Shown here piece after piece: positions 24,565 through 35,401 of a stretch of DNA of 41,731 bases; the first letter of the stretch is position 1; every line of letters begins with the position of its first letter. This DNA comes from Candidatus Moraniibacteriota bacterium. GTDB taxonomy: Bacteria > Patescibacteriota > Minisyncoccia > Moranbacterales > UBA9337. The DNA is taken from the NCBI GenBank assembly GCA_029865125.1, contig JAOUHN010000004.1:1-41731 (forward strand). The letters are read 5' to 3'. A model generated the notes under the pieces. The model was given only the letters and a program-made list of their open reading frames with translations, searched no databases and was not told where the DNA came from. The translations under genes and the position numbers were made by a program.

Positions 24565-26304
24565 ATGAAGAAAGGTGTTAAATATATTCAAGATTTGAGA
24601 GTATATCTTTTATTCTTTTTTGTTTTGGCGGTTTCTTTTTTTGTTTTGGCTCGTTTATATTTTCTGCAGATTGCGGCTCATGAAAAATATAAGATGATTG
24701 CTGATGGACAATATAAAGTTTTCAAAGAATTGGAATCAGAAAGAGGTAGTGTTTTCATGAATGACAAAAAAAAGAGCTATCCATTGGCGATTAATCGTGA
24801 TTTGCAAATGGCATATGCGGTTCCAAGAGAAATTGATGATGTAAATGTTTTTGCAAATGAGATCGGATCTATATTGGGAATGGAGAAGAATGTGATTTTG
24901 GATAAAATTGCTGATAAGGATGATGTTTTTGAAGTTTTGAAGCGAAAACTTACTGATGAAGAAGTTGATAAAATAAATGAATTGAAATTTACTGGAATAC
25001 ATTTAGCTCCAGAAAGTTATCGCTATTATCCAGCGGGACGCTTAGCTTCTCAGATAGTTGGTTTTGTTGGTTGGGATAATAATTCTTTTTCTGGAAGATA
25101 TGGGGTGGAGTCTTTTTGGGATAGTGAACTCAAAGGAAAATCAGGTATGATTAGTCAAGAAAAAGATGCGGGAGGAAGGTGGATTTCGCTTGTAGAGAGA
25201 GATTTTCAACCTGCTGTTGATGGAGTGGATTTGTTCCTTACAATAGATTATGCAGTGCAATATGAAACAGAAAAAATATTAGAGAGTGCAATTAAAAGAC
25301 ACCAGGCCGATAACGGATCTATTCTTGTTATGGAGCCAAAAACCGGTAGAATATTATCTATGGCGAGTTATCCTAATTTTGATCCGAATGAGTATTGGAA
25401 TGTGGAGGATATGAAGCATTATATCAACCCTGTTGTTAGTGGGACATATGAATCCGGATCGGTTTTGAAGCCTATTACGATGGCGATTGGAATTGATGAG
25501 GGAAAAGTGGAGCCAGATTCAACATATGTGGATACTGGAGTTGTTTATGAGGCTGGATATGAAATCAAGAATTCAGACGAAAAGGCATATGGACTTCAAA
25601 CAATGACTCAAGTTTTGGAAGAGTCATTAAATACCGGAGTAATTCATGTTGAGAAATTAGTGGGAAACAAAAAATTTGCTAATTACATCAAAAGGTTTGG
25701 ATTTGGAGAAGAAAGTGGCATTGAACTCCCGGGTGAATCAGCTGGAAACATCAGCAATTTAGAGCATCTAAATAGAAATATTGAGTTTTTCACTGCTTCT
25801 TATGGTCAAGGACTTACAATGACACCACTTCAATTAACTAACGCATATGCTACTATTGCTAATGGAGGGAAGTTTATGAAGCCTCAGATTATTGATAAAA
25901 TAGTGTATTCCAATGGTGAGACAAAAGAGATTCGACCTCAGGAGATTCGAAGAGTTATTCGTGAAGATACAGCTAAGAAGGTTTCCAAAATGCTTCGGTC
26001 AGTGGTTGTCAATGGACATGGAAAAAAGGCGGATGTGCCTGGATATTTGGTTGGAGGAAAGACCGGAACTGCTCAGGTTGCCAAGAAAAATGAGAAGGGA
26101 TATGAGGAGGGAGTGGCAATCGGTTCTTTCGTGGGTTTTGCGCCTATCAATGACCCGCAATTTGTTGTGTGTGTTAAGATTTCAAATCCAAAAGATGTTT
26201 TGTGGGCTGAGTCTAGTGCAGCACCTACTTTTGGAGAGGTGATGGAATTTCTTCTTGAATATTATGGCATTGAGCCGACCGAGCCAATTAATGCGAGTGA
26301 ATAA
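24565..26304 (+). CDS. ftsI: Class B penicillin-binding protein (FtsI/PBP2 family)
   Basis: N-terminal TM, R.YP and GVE motifs, SVLK (SxxK), SLN (SxN) and KTG. Confidence 0.93.
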   Translation: MKKGVKYIQDLRVYLLFFFVLAVSFFVLARLYFLQIAAHEKYKMIADGQYKVFKELESERGSVFMNDKKKSYPLAINRDLQMAYAVPREIDDVNVFANEIGSILGMEKNVILDKIADKDDVFEVLKRKLTDEEVDKINELKFTGIHLAPESYRYYPAGRLASQIVGFVGWDNNSFSGRYGVESFWDSELKGKSGMISQEKDAGGRWISLVERDFQPAVDGVDLFLTIDYAVQYETEKILESAIKRHQADNGSILVMEPKTGRILSMASYPNFDPNEYWNVEDMKHYINPVVSGTYESGSVLKPITMAIGIDEGKVEPDSTYVDTGVVYEAGYEIKNSDEKAYGLQTMTQVLEESLNTGVIHVEKLVGNKKFANYIKRFGFGEESGIELPGESAGNISNLEHLNRNIEFFTASYGQGLTMTPLQLTNAYATIANGGKFMKPQIIDKIVYSNGETKEIRPQEIRRVIREDTAKKVSKMLRSVVVNGHGKKADVPGYLVGGKTGTAQVAKKNEKGYEEGVAIGSFVGFAPINDPQFVVCVKISNPKDVLWAESSAAPTFGEVMEFLLEYYGIEPTEPINASE

Positions 26305-26316
26305 GTGCATAAAAAT

Positions 26317-27636
26317 ATGAAATCAAAAAAAATAATTTATCTTGAGAAAATTTTGCGTTTTATGGCGCAAGTGGTGATCAAGAAATACAAGCCAAAGATA
26401 ATCGGGATTACCGGATCCGTTGGAAAAACTTCTGCCAAGGAAGCTGTTTCTTTGGTGCTTTCTGATAAATTTAACATCAGAAGTGGACAAAAAAATTATA
26501 ATAATGAAATTGGGATACCTTTGACAATTATTGGCGCCAAAAGTGGAGAGGGTTCAATATTGGGATGGATCAGAGTGTTTTTCAAATGGATGCTCGTGGT
26601 TATTTTTCCAGTGAGATATCCTGAAATTGTTGTTTTGGAATTAGGAATTGATAGACCAGGAGATATGGATTATTTGCTTGGATTTATTCCTGTGAATGTA
26701 GCAATTTTGACAGATATTTCAGGGAGTCACTTGGAATATTTTGGAAATATCAACAGAATTGCGAAGGAAAAATATAAGATTGTTGAGGCTGTTGCAAAAG
26801 AAGGGGTTGCAATTATTAATATTGATAATGAAAAAATAAAAGAACAGCTAGAAAAACACAAAAAGGATAATGAGATAAATGGAATGACGTTTGGATTCGA
26901 TGAAGACGCGATGGTGAGGGCGACGGATACTCATTTTAATTATCGTAATAACGAGGTTTCAGGAATTAGCTTTAAATTGAATTATGAAGGAAAGATTATC
27001 CCAATCAGACTTGATAATGTTATTGCAAAACATCATTTATATGCTGTTTTGGCAGGAATTTCTTCCGGAATATATTTCAAAGTGAATCCTATTGAGATTG
27101 CCAATTCTTTGAAAGATTATTTTCCTCCTCAAGGAAGAATGACGCTTATTGAAGGCGTTAACGGGAGCATGGTAATTGACGACACCTATAATGCATCAAA
27201 AGTTTCAACTCTTGCAGCACTTAATATTTTGAGTGAAATAGAGGCGCGAAGAAAGCTGATTGCATTGGGAGACATGTTGGAATTGGGACCAACTTCACAT
27301 TCTGATCACATTGAAGTTGCAAGGAGAGCGTTGGAAGTGGGGGACAAGATTTTTGTAGCTGGAAAAAGGATGGAAGAGGCTATCTCGGAGATGATAAAAA
27401 CGGATAATATTTCAAAAGATGATCAGAAAAAAATGCAAATACTTTCCAATCCGGTAGCAGTGGCACAAAGTGTGAAAAATGTGATAGAGCCGGGTGACAT
27501 CATTTTAGTCAAAGGTTCGCAATCCATGAGAATGGAGAAAGTTGTTGAAGAAGTAATTGCAAGGACAGTTGATGTGGAGAAAAAACTGTGCAGACAATCA
27601 AGAGAATGGAAGAATAAACCATTTATCCAACCATAA
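26317..27636 (+). CDS. murF: UDP-MurNAc-tripeptide--D-Ala-D-Ala ligase
   Basis: ITGSVGKTS, NNEIGIPLT, DDTYNA, GDMLELG and LVKGSQ motifs. Confidence 0.95.
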   Translation: MKSKKIIYLEKILRFMAQVVIKKYKPKIIGITGSVGKTSAKEAVSLVLSDKFNIRSGQKNYNNEIGIPLTIIGAKSGEGSILGWIRVFFKWMLVVIFPVRYPEIVVLELGIDRPGDMDYLLGFIPVNVAILTDISGSHLEYFGNINRIAKEKYKIVEAVAKEGVAIINIDNEKIKEQLEKHKKDNEINGMTFGFDEDAMVRATDTHFNYRNNEVSGISFKLNYEGKIIPIRLDNVIAKHHLYAVLAGISSGIYFKVNPIEIANSLKDYFPPQGRMTLIEGVNGSMVIDDTYNASKVSTLAALNILSEIEARRKLIALGDMLELGPTSHSDHIEVARRALEVGDKIFVAGKRMEEAISEMIKTDNISKDDQKKMQILSNPVAVAQSVKNVIEPGDIILVKGSQSMRMEKVVEEVIARTVDVEKKLCRQSREWKNKPFIQP

Positions 27637-27639
27637 CTT

Positions 27640-28512
27640 ATGTGTTTCACCCCTCTAGTTTCAATTGGAACTGCTACTGCTGAGTTTTTAATCGCCGCTC
27701 ATTTGAAAAGAAAGATCAAGGATCCAAAATTAAAATTGGCTCCCGTTTTTATTTTTCTTTTGGGATTATATCAATTCACGGAGTTCATGCTGTGCAAAAC
27801 AAATAATCCCGAGATTTGGTCTAGGATTGGATTTGTTTCATATACTTTTTTGCCAATAGTTTTCATGCATTTTACTTTGAACATATCTCAAAAGAGAATG
27901 GAAAAAGCACTATATATTCTCCCAGTGGGTATTTCACTCCTGGCATTGCTGCATCCAAATTTTTTGATTTACAGTAGCTGCAATCTTTTGCATGTTAGTG
28001 TCATGAATGTAATTTTTGATCAGTATTATTCTTTGACAGTCATTTACTCTGTTTTATATTTTGTTTTCCCGGCATATGGACTTTTTTGTTTTGTGAAAAC
28101 ATTTAAAAATAAATTTATGGATAAAACCAGCAGTAAAATGGTTGCAGTGTTGATTCCTTTGACAGTTATTGTTTCTCAGGCGACGATTATCCTTCTTGCA
28201 ATAAAAAATATAAATCCTACATTACTATGGATTGTTATAAGTATTTTTTTATTCATATTATCACTCGCGTTAATACTCCTCGGAATAATTCCATTTTGGA
28301 AAAAAAGTTACTATTTTAGATTTGTAGCGTTATTTGCTTTTGCTAGCTCGGGGTTGACGGTGCCTATTTTGTATGTGATTTTGCCGTTGATGAGCTATGA
28401 TTTTCCATCAATTTTTTGTCAGTTTGCGTTCTTTTATAGCATCGCAATTCTGGTTTTTGTGAATGCTTTTGAACGTCAAAAAGGAGAAGGCAGAGAGGTT
28501 GCAAAAAATTGA
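27640..28512 (+). CDS. Polytopic membrane protein of unknown function
   Basis: About 8-9 hydrophobic segments; MCFT N-terminus, YQFTEF and SIFCQF motifs. Confidence 0.7.
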   Translation: MCFTPLVSIGTATAEFLIAAHLKRKIKDPKLKLAPVFIFLLGLYQFTEFMLCKTNNPEIWSRIGFVSYTFLPIVFMHFTLNISQKRMEKALYILPVGISLLALLHPNFLIYSSCNLLHVSVMNVIFDQYYSLTVIYSVLYFVFPAYGLFCFVKTFKNKFMDKTSSKMVAVLIPLTVIVSQATIILLAIKNINPTLLWIVISIFLFILSLALILLGIIPFWKKSYYFRFVALFAFASSGLTVPILYVILPLMSYDFPSIFCQFAFFYSIAILVFVNAFERQKGEGREVAKN

Positions 28513-28730
28513 AAATACAACGTTGTGTATGACAACCCAAGTTGTTATAATTGGCTTAAAAAAGGCATTTTTTGAAATTAAATTTGCTTAAAGTGCTGTG
28601 TTATCCGGCTCATATCCAAGCCCTTGATTTTTGTGTCATTATATGATAATATGAGCTTGCACTGTACTTCGCATGTGTTTTTTGTGGTTAGCCTAATCAG
28701 GCTACTGCTATTTGAATAAGAAAATGATAA

Positions 28731-29354
28731 ATGGATGACAAGAAGGTTTTGCTAAATGAAAAAGAATATCAAGGTGTTGGTGGTTTCTTGGTGGAGATCA
28801 TCAAGGTTTTTGCATTGGCTTTGATTATCATTATTCCTATTAGAGTATTTCTATTCCAACCTTTTTTTGTTCAAGGTGCCAGTATGGAGCCAAATTTCAA
28901 TGATGGAGAATATCTAATTGTGAATGAATTGGGATATAAGAAAACCAAAATTTCTTTTGGAAATCTAAATATTTTCACAATGAAAAATTTTCGTGATTTG
29001 AAAAGAGGTGATGTGATTGTTTTTCGTTATCCAAAAAGTCCGAGTCATTTTTTCATCAAAAGAGTGATTGCCGTTGCTGGAGAGAGAGTAGAGATTATGG
29101 ATGGAGAAGTAATTGTGTATAACGAAGAAAATCCGAAAGGAATTATTTTGGATGAAGAAAAATATTTGCCAAAAAAAATCAAAACGGAAGGAAACACCAG
29201 TTTTAATGTTGAAGAAGGTGAAATATTTGTTCTGGGAGACAACAGAGGTGCCAGCTCTGATTCAAGAGTGTGGGGCCTTGTCGGAGAAGATGATGTCATT
29301 GGAAAAGTGGCGTTGAGAGCATGGCCGATTAATAAGTTTAGTTTGTCATTTTAG
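28731..29354 (+). CDS. lepB: Signal peptidase I
   Basis: GASMEP (Ser), FIKRVI (Lys) and GDNR..SSDSR motifs. Confidence 0.97.
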   Translation: MDDKKVLLNEKEYQGVGGFLVEIIKVFALALIIIIPIRVFLFQPFFVQGASMEPNFNDGEYLIVNELGYKKTKISFGNLNIFTMKNFRDLKRGDVIVFRYPKSPSHFFIKRVIAVAGERVEIMDGEVIVYNEENPKGIILDEEKYLPKKIKTEGNTSFNVEEGEIFVLGDNRGASSDSRVWGLVGEDDVIGKVALRAWPINKFSLSF

Positions 29355-29387
29355 TGATTTTGATTATAAATTTAAAGAATAATACAT

Positions 29388-30767
29388 ATGCCTAGAAAAA
29401 ATGTGAAGGTTGAGGCAAGTCAAAAATCAGCTTCAAAAGAGGCTTTACCAAAAAAGAAGTTAAAAAATCCTATTGTACTTCAAAATCCAAGAGGAATGAA
29501 GGATATTCTTCCTGGTGACCAAGGATATTGGACTCAAGTTAGAAGAGTTTTGGAAAGTTCTTATCAAAAATATGGATTTCAAAGGATTGATATCCCAGTT
29601 TTGGAGTACGCAAACCTATTTTCCAGATCTATTGGTGAGGATACTGATATTATGGATAAAGAAGTGTATTCTTTCAAAACTAAGGGTGGTGACGAAGTGG
29701 CTCTTAGGCCGGAATTTACTGCAGGAATTGCAAGATCATACATTCAACATGGAATGAATGTTCTTCCAAAGCCAGTAAAGCTTTTTTCAATAGGGCAAGC
29801 ATATCGATATGATCGTCCTCAAGAAGGGCGTTATAGAGAGTTTTGGCAAGCAAATTTTGATATCTTTGGAGAAGAGGATTCAATTCTTGATGCAGAAGTA
29901 ATGCAGTTGGCGTATCGTGTTTTGGGAAATTTGAAGTTGAAGGACATTCAATTTCAAGTGAATAGTATTGGATGTACGGATTGTCGAAAATCATATTTGA
30001 GTTTATTGGTAAGCTATTTTAAATCAAAAAACAAAAAACTTTGTAAGGATTGCAAAAGAAGACTCGGAACAAATCCATTGAGAATCTTAGACTGCAAGGA
30101 GGATAAATGCATCCAGGTTTCTTCAGGAGCACCTCAAACAGTGGATCACTTGTGCGAAGATTGTCATGAACACTTTAAGAGCTTGTTGGAATATTTGGAT
30201 GAATTGGAAATTCCATATTCAATCAATCCTAGCTTAGTTAGAGGTTTGGATTATTATTCTAGAACTGTTTTTGAAATCTGGTCTCTTGCAGAAGGAAAGA
30301 GATTGTCTTTGGGAGGAGGAGGAAGATATGATAAACTCATTGAAAATCTTGGAGGAGAACCAACTCCGTCAATTGGATTCGGGTTGGGATTGGATAGGAT
30401 TGTGATGGAAATGAAAAGAACAAATGCAAAACAGTATGAAGCTCCGAAACCTAGAATATTTTTGGCACAATTGGGAAAACTAGCCAAGAGAAAAAGTTTG
30501 AAGCTGTTTGCTGATTTAGAAAAAAATGGAATTCTGGTGGCTGAAAGTTTTGGAAGAGGAGGATTGAAATCACAGCTAAGAACAGCAAACAAGTTGGGAG
30601 TGGACATCACTCTTATTGTTGGACAAAAAGAGGCTCTAGATGAAACTGTTATTGTCAAGAACATGGTGAGTGGAACACAGGAAACAGTTGCGAAAGAAAA
30701 ACTCTTGCCTTTGATAAAAAAGATTATGAAAAGTAAATTAGTAGTTTTGAAGTATAATAATAAATAA
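29388..30767 (+). CDS. hisS: Histidyl-tRNA synthetase
   Basis: LRPEFTA, YRYDRPQEGRYREF, LVRGLDYY and GGGRYD motifs. Confidence 0.98.
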   Translation: MPRKNVKVEASQKSASKEALPKKKLKNPIVLQNPRGMKDILPGDQGYWTQVRRVLESSYQKYGFQRIDIPVLEYANLFSRSIGEDTDIMDKEVYSFKTKGGDEVALRPEFTAGIARSYIQHGMNVLPKPVKLFSIGQAYRYDRPQEGRYREFWQANFDIFGEEDSILDAEVMQLAYRVLGNLKLKDIQFQVNSIGCTDCRKSYLSLLVSYFKSKNKKLCKDCKRRLGTNPLRILDCKEDKCIQVSSGAPQTVDHLCEDCHEHFKSLLEYLDELEIPYSINPSLVRGLDYYSRTVFEIWSLAEGKRLSLGGGGRYDKLIENLGGEPTPSIGFGLGLDRIVMEMKRTNAKQYEAPKPRIFLAQLGKLAKRKSLKLFADLEKNGILVAESFGRGGLKSQLRTANKLGVDITLIVGQKEALDETVIVKNMVSGTQETVAKEKLLPLIKKIMKSKLVVLKYNNK

Positions 30768-30786
30768 AGGATATAAAGTATCAATT

Positions 30787-30845
30787 CAAACACGCATTTG
30801 TGTGTGTTGCAATATGTGTATTGTTAGTACATAAATGCGTGTTTG
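30787..30845. other. Long intergenic inverted repeat upstream of rpsU
   Basis: CAAACACGCATTT ... AAATGCGTGTTTG (13-bp perfect stem) plus an inner GCAATA/TATTGT pairing. Confidence 0.8.
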
Positions 30846-30888
30846 TTAATAGGTATTAAAAATACTCTTAAGAAAGGAGGTCGTAAAA

Positions 30889-31146
30889 ATGATACAAGTA
30901 AAAAAGAAGGATAAAGAAACAACTGACAGTTTGATTAGAAGATTTTCACGTCGAGTACAACAAAGCGGCGTTTTAATGCGTGCTCGAAAATCAAGATTTA
31001 ACTTTGAAGAAAAGAATAAGGCCAAAAAAAGAAAAGAAGCCCTATATAAGGTTAAAATAAGAAAAGAAATTGAGCTATTGAAGAAAATGGACAAATTTGA
31101 TGATGAAGCTTTGAAAAACATCAAAAAGAAAATGGGGAATAAATAA
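30889..31146 (+). CDS. rpsU: 30S ribosomal protein bS21
   Basis: E..DSLIRRFSRRVQQSGVL pattern, basic, AAGGAGG SD, upstream of YqeY. Confidence 0.8.
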   Translation: MIQVKKKDKETTDSLIRRFSRRVQQSGVLMRARKSRFNFEEKNKAKKRKEALYKVKIRKEIELLKKMDKFDDEALKNIKKKMGNK

Positions 31147-31221
31147 ATCTAAATATTTTTTAGTGAGTTTTCTTTTTGTGTGATCACAGTGATTGCCTGA
31201 AAGTTAACGAAACCCAAAAAA

Positions 31222-31671
31222 ATGTCAATTAAAGAAAAAATACGATCAGACTTGAAAGATGCCATGAAGGCAAGAGAGACAGAAAAAAGAGATGTTCTCC
31301 GAATGCTCGATAGTAGCATTAAAAATGCAGAGATTGAAAAAGGAAAAAGAGAAGAAGGACTAAATGACGAAGAAGTTATTGAGTTGGTTTCTCGTGCAAT
31401 CAAGCAAAGAAAAGAAAGCTCTGAGCAATACAAGAAAGGTGGAAGAGAAGATTTGGCTGAAAAAGAAGGATCTGAGATTGAATTTCTTTCTGAATATCTT
31501 CCTGAACAGTTGAGCGAGGATGAACTGAGAAAAATTATTTCTGATGTTATTAGTGAAGTTGGAGCAACTTCAAAGGCTGACATGGGAAAGGTTATGGGAG
31601 CAACAATGGGAAGAGTGAAAGGACAGGCTGATGGTAATTTAGTCAAAAAGTTATTAGAAGAAATATTATAA
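31222..31671 (+). CDS. GatB/YqeY domain protein
   Basis: DLKDAMKA, KQRKES..Y..GGREDLA, YLPEQL and DMGKVMG motifs. Confidence 0.95.
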   Translation: MSIKEKIRSDLKDAMKARETEKRDVLRMLDSSIKNAEIEKGKREEGLNDEEVIELVSRAIKQRKESSEQYKKGGREDLAEKEGSEIEFLSEYLPEQLSEDELRKIISDVISEVGATSKADMGKVMGATMGRVKGQADGNLVKKLLEEIL

Positions 31672-31695
31672 TTTTTTTGACTTTTTAATTCATTC

Positions 31696-32154
31696 ATGAA
31701 CATTATTTTAGAGATAAATAATAAATCCGATTGCTTTTTTGAAAGCATTGATCTGGATAGAGTTATCAAAAGCACTATTAAAGAAGGTGAGTTTGATTTT
31801 CTAGACGAAAGAGATGTTGAAATTAGCATCGGATTTATCTCTGAAGTTGAGATTGAAAAAATTAATGAAGAATACAGAAAAGTCAAAAAACCCACAGATG
31901 TTTTGTCGTTTCCAAATTATGATAGTTTGAGTGAACTCAAAAAAAGCAAAGAACAGAGCGTTTTTTTGGGAGAAATTCTGATCTGCTGTGAAGATATCAA
32001 GAAGTATGCTAAAATTAAAGGCAGTTTTTTTGAAGAAGAGTTGATTTATGTTATTTCTCACGGAACACTTCATTTACTTGGAATGGAACACGGAAAAAAG
32101 ATGTTTTCTATTCAAGACAAGGTGGTGAACATGTGTAGTCTCAATAAAAAATAA
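31696..32154 (+). CDS. ybeY: rRNA maturation RNase YbeY
   Basis: N..YR...PTDVLSF, LGEI and HGTLHLLGMEH motifs. Confidence 0.93.
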   Translation: MNIILEINNKSDCFFESIDLDRVIKSTIKEGEFDFLDERDVEISIGFISEVEIEKINEEYRKVKKPTDVLSFPNYDSLSELKKSKEQSVFLGEILICCEDIKKYAKIKGSFFEEELIYVISHGTLHLLGMEHGKKMFSIQDKVVNMCSLNKK

Positions 32155-32167
32155 AAAACAATTTAAT

Positions 32168-32548
32168 ATGAACGATAATAACAATGAAAGAATGGGATCA
32201 TTCCAAAAAAGTGTGAGAAATGCTTTTCGTGGATTGATATATGTCACAAAGACCGAAAAGAATTTTCAAATGGAATTGTTAGCTGCGTTGGTTGTTGTTG
32301 TGCTCACTATTTTTTTGAATGTTGAAAGTTGGGAGGCTGTAATTCTTATTTTTTTGGTGATGTGGATTTTAGTTGCGGAATTGATTAATACTGTTTTGGA
32401 AAAAGTTGTTGATATAATGAAACCAAGAATTCATCCATATGCTAGAATTATCAAAGATATTATGGCAGCTACAGTGTTAATTTCTTCAATTTTTTCTTTG
32501 GCAGTCGGGGTCATTATCTTTTGGCCGTATATTGAAAAATTATTGTAA
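32168..32548 (+). CDS. dgkA: Diacylglycerol/undecaprenol kinase (DgkA family)
   Basis: AFRGL..EKNF, AELINTVLEKVVD and IKDIMAA motifs. Confidence 0.92.
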   Translation: MNDNNNERMGSFQKSVRNAFRGLIYVTKTEKNFQMELLAALVVVVLTIFLNVESWEAVILIFLVMWILVAELINTVLEKVVDIMKPRIHPYARIIKDIMAATVLISSIFSLAVGVIIFWPYIEKLL

Positions 32549-32596
32549 GGTAGTTATAGTGTGTTGTTCAAAAAATCAAAAACAAAATTTTATTTT

Positions 32597-33853
32597 ATGT
32601 CTAAAAAAAGTAACATTATTGCCGTAGACCTCGGGTCTTCTAATATAAGAATTGCTGTTTCTCAGTATTTTCCAGAGGAAGATGATTTGAGAATTATTGG
32701 TATTGAAACTGTTCCTGCTGATGGAATGAGAAGGGGTGCTGTAATTGATTTAGAAGAGGCTTCAAAATCAATAGCATCAGCCATTAATTTTGCAGAGAAA
32801 AAGACGGGGGCTAATTTTGAAAGTGTCACAGCTAGCATTAGCGGAAGTGACATTGTTTTGCAAAATTCAAAAGGCGTTGTCGCAGTAGGAAGAGCAGATG
32901 GTGAAGTTGCAGAAGATGACATTAAAAGAGTTCTTGAGGCAGCGCAAACAATTTCTATGCCACTTAACAGAGAGATAGTTCACATTTCCCCAAGAAGTTA
33001 TAGGTTGGATGATCAAGATAGCATTAGAGACCCATTGGGAATGAATGGAGTGAGACTTGAGGCAGATGTCATGATTATTGAAGACTCTGTGAACCACATA
33101 AAAAATATTAGCAAAAGTATTTATAATGCTGGAGTTGAGATTGATAATCTTGTTTTCTCGCCACTAGCAGCTGCAGAAAGTGTTCTTACGAGAAAGCAAA
33201 AGGAATTGGGAGTTGCTGTTGTGGATATTGGTGCTGGAGTGACATCGATAGCTGTTTTTGAGGAGGGCGATCTTATTCATGCCGCAGTGTTACCTGTGGG
33301 CGCAGGACATATTACAAATGATATCGCAATTGGACTCAGAACATCCATTGATGTGGCTGAAAAGATAAAGCTTGAATTTGGAACCGCTAGCATGGAAGGT
33401 GTGGATTATGATGAAGAAATTGATTTGTCTCTTATTGATTCTAATGAAACTGAAAGTGTTTCACGCTATCATGTCATGGAAATTATTGATGCTAGAATGG
33501 AAGAAATATTCAATATGGTTAATGATGAATTGAGAGCAATTAGAAAAGATGGTCTTTTGCCTGCAGGAGTTGTGTTGGTTGGAGGAGGATCTGAATTGCC
33601 TGGAGTGGTAGAATTTTCAAAAAAATCATTAGGCCTTCCTGCTCAAATAGGAATTCCAAGAGGTGTTGGTGGGTTGATAGATAAGATTGATTCTCCTTCA
33701 TTTGCTACGGTGACAGGATTATTGTTATGGGAAAAAAATCATGGTTCATTCAAAAAGTCAGGAAGATTTATGAAAGATTTCGGTGGCGTCAAGGGGAATG
33801 TTTCAGATGCTACTGAAAAGGCAAAGAAGTGGATTGGAAAATTTCTCCCATAG
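32597..33853 (+). CDS. ftsA: Cell division protein FtsA
   Basis: VDLGSS, PLGMNGVRLE, VDIGAGVT and AEKIKLEFG motifs; ATG at 32597 preferred. Confidence 0.97.
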   Translation: MSKKSNIIAVDLGSSNIRIAVSQYFPEEDDLRIIGIETVPADGMRRGAVIDLEEASKSIASAINFAEKKTGANFESVTASISGSDIVLQNSKGVVAVGRADGEVAEDDIKRVLEAAQTISMPLNREIVHISPRSYRLDDQDSIRDPLGMNGVRLEADVMIIEDSVNHIKNISKSIYNAGVEIDNLVFSPLAAAESVLTRKQKELGVAVVDIGAGVTSIAVFEEGDLIHAAVLPVGAGHITNDIAIGLRTSIDVAEKIKLEFGTASMEGVDYDEEIDLSLIDSNETESVSRYHVMEIIDARMEEIFNMVNDELRAIRKDGLLPAGVVLVGGGSELPGVVEFSKKSLGLPAQIGIPRGVGGLIDKIDSPSFATVTGLLLWEKNHGSFKKSGRFMKDFGGVKGNVSDATEKAKKWIGKFLP

Positions 33854-34082
33854 GGTCTATTTAAAATCTTTATAATCCCTAAAAAAAGACGAATAGATTC
33901 TTGAAAGGTATTATGTAAAAAATATCAAATAGGGGTTTTTGAGGCCAAATCTTTGGTTTTTTTGCCTTAAAAATAGCATTTCTTGACAAGAAAGAATGAA
34001 ACATGTTAATTTTATAAACCAAGGGGGAATATCAAAAAAATAAACCAAAATTTTTAAATAAATAATTACTTAAAGAAATATT

Positions 34083-35324
34083 ATGGCTGAAATTAAACCT
34101 GATGTTGAGACTTTTGCTAGAATAAAGGTTGTTGGAGTTGGAGGATCTGGAAGCAATGCAGTGACTAGAATGATTGAATCTAAGATTCAGGGCGTTGAAT
34201 TTGTGACGATAAATACTGATTCACAAGCTCTGCATCATTCAAAAGCCAGTGAAAAAGTACATATTGGAAAAAATCTTACCAAAGGTCTTGGTGCTGGAAT
34301 GAATCCAGAAGTAGGTCGTCAAGCAGCAGAAGAAAATAGAGATGAAATTCAAGAAGTTTTGAAAGGAGCGGATATGGTTTTTGTTACTTGTGGACTTGGT
34401 GGTGGAACCGGATCAGGAGCTGCTCCAATTGTTGCTGAAACTGCAAAGGAATTAGGTGCGTTGACTGTTTCTGTTGTGACAAAACCATTTACTTTTGAAG
34501 GAGCTCAAAGAAGAGCAATCGCTGAAGAAGCTCTGGCTAATTTGAAAGAAAGAGTGGATACATTCATTACAATTCCAAATGACAGACTTCTTTCTATTAT
34601 TGATAAGAAAACAACTTTGATAAATTCATTCAAGATTGTGGATGATGTTTTAAGACAAGGAGTTCAAGGTATTTCAGATTTGATCACAAAGCCAGGAATT
34701 GTTAATGTCGACTTTGCAGACGTCAAGGCAATTATGTCAGACAGTGGAAGTGCACTTATGGGAATTGGAATTGCTAGTGGAGAAAGTAGAGCGCTAGAAG
34801 CTGCTCAAGCTGCGATTAATAGTCCATTGCTGGAACTTTCAATTGACGGAGCTCGAGGAGTACTTTTTAATGTTTCAGGTTCATCTGATTTAACTATGCT
34901 TGAAATCAATGAAGCTGCAAATATAATCACTGAAAATGTTGATCCTAATGCCAAGGTGATTTTTGGTGCTGTTTGTGATGATCAAATTAGAAAAGGAGAT
35001 ATTCACATTACCGTTGTCGCAACAGGATTTAATGGGGAAGGAGAATCACTTATTACGCCTGGCTTCATTTCTAGAGTTGTTCACAGAGGAAATAATGAAA
35101 GCATTATTAAAGTTAGAGATGAAAGATCAATGCCAGTTCAAAAAGAAGAAGTGATTGAGCCTGAAATTGAAGAAGATAAGATGGTTTTCCCATCAAGAAA
35201 GGTTGAAACAGAAATGATTCTTGATGAAAAAATTCAACCTCGAACTCCAGCTTCAAAAGAAGAATTGGAGGATGATGATGAGCTTGAAATCCCAGCTTTC
35301 ATCAGAAAAAAAATGAATAAATAG
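34083..35324 (+). CDS. ftsZ: Cell division protein FtsZ
   Basis: GGGTGSG tubulin signature, NVDFADV and C-terminal LEIPAFIRK. Confidence 0.99.
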   Translation: MAEIKPDVETFARIKVVGVGGSGSNAVTRMIESKIQGVEFVTINTDSQALHHSKASEKVHIGKNLTKGLGAGMNPEVGRQAAEENRDEIQEVLKGADMVFVTCGLGGGTGSGAAPIVAETAKELGALTVSVVTKPFTFEGAQRRAIAEEALANLKERVDTFITIPNDRLLSIIDKKTTLINSFKIVDDVLRQGVQGISDLITKPGIVNVDFADVKAIMSDSGSALMGIGIASGESRALEAAQAAINSPLLELSIDGARGVLFNVSGSSDLTMLEINEAANIITENVDPNAKVIFGAVCDDQIRKGDIHITVVATGFNGEGESLITPGFISRVVHRGNNESIIKVRDERSMPVQKEEVIEPEIEEDKMVFPSRKVETEMILDEKIQPRTPASKEELEDDDELEIPAFIRKKMNK

Positions 35325-35348
35325 GAATATTGATACTTTTGAAAATAT

Positions 35349-35386
35349 AAAATCCGCCGAAGACCGTTAGGTCCGGCGGATTTTTT
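35349..35386. terminator. Bidirectional terminator between ftsZ and the NYN gene
   Basis: AAAATCCGCCG...CGGCGGATTTTTT. Confidence 0.8.
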
Positions 35387-35401
35387 GATATGAGAATAGA
35401 C

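Noticed and set aside
28515-28546. Possible NrdR-like or other operator (ATACAACGTTGTGT, ACAACCCAAGTTGT)
   Set aside because: Weak imperfect palindromes, not next to nucleotide-metabolism genes.
30254-31895. Long antisense ORFs (30254-30793, 31149-31895; similarly 39779-40360 and 8351-8845)
   Set aside because: Shadows of well-supported plus-strand genes.
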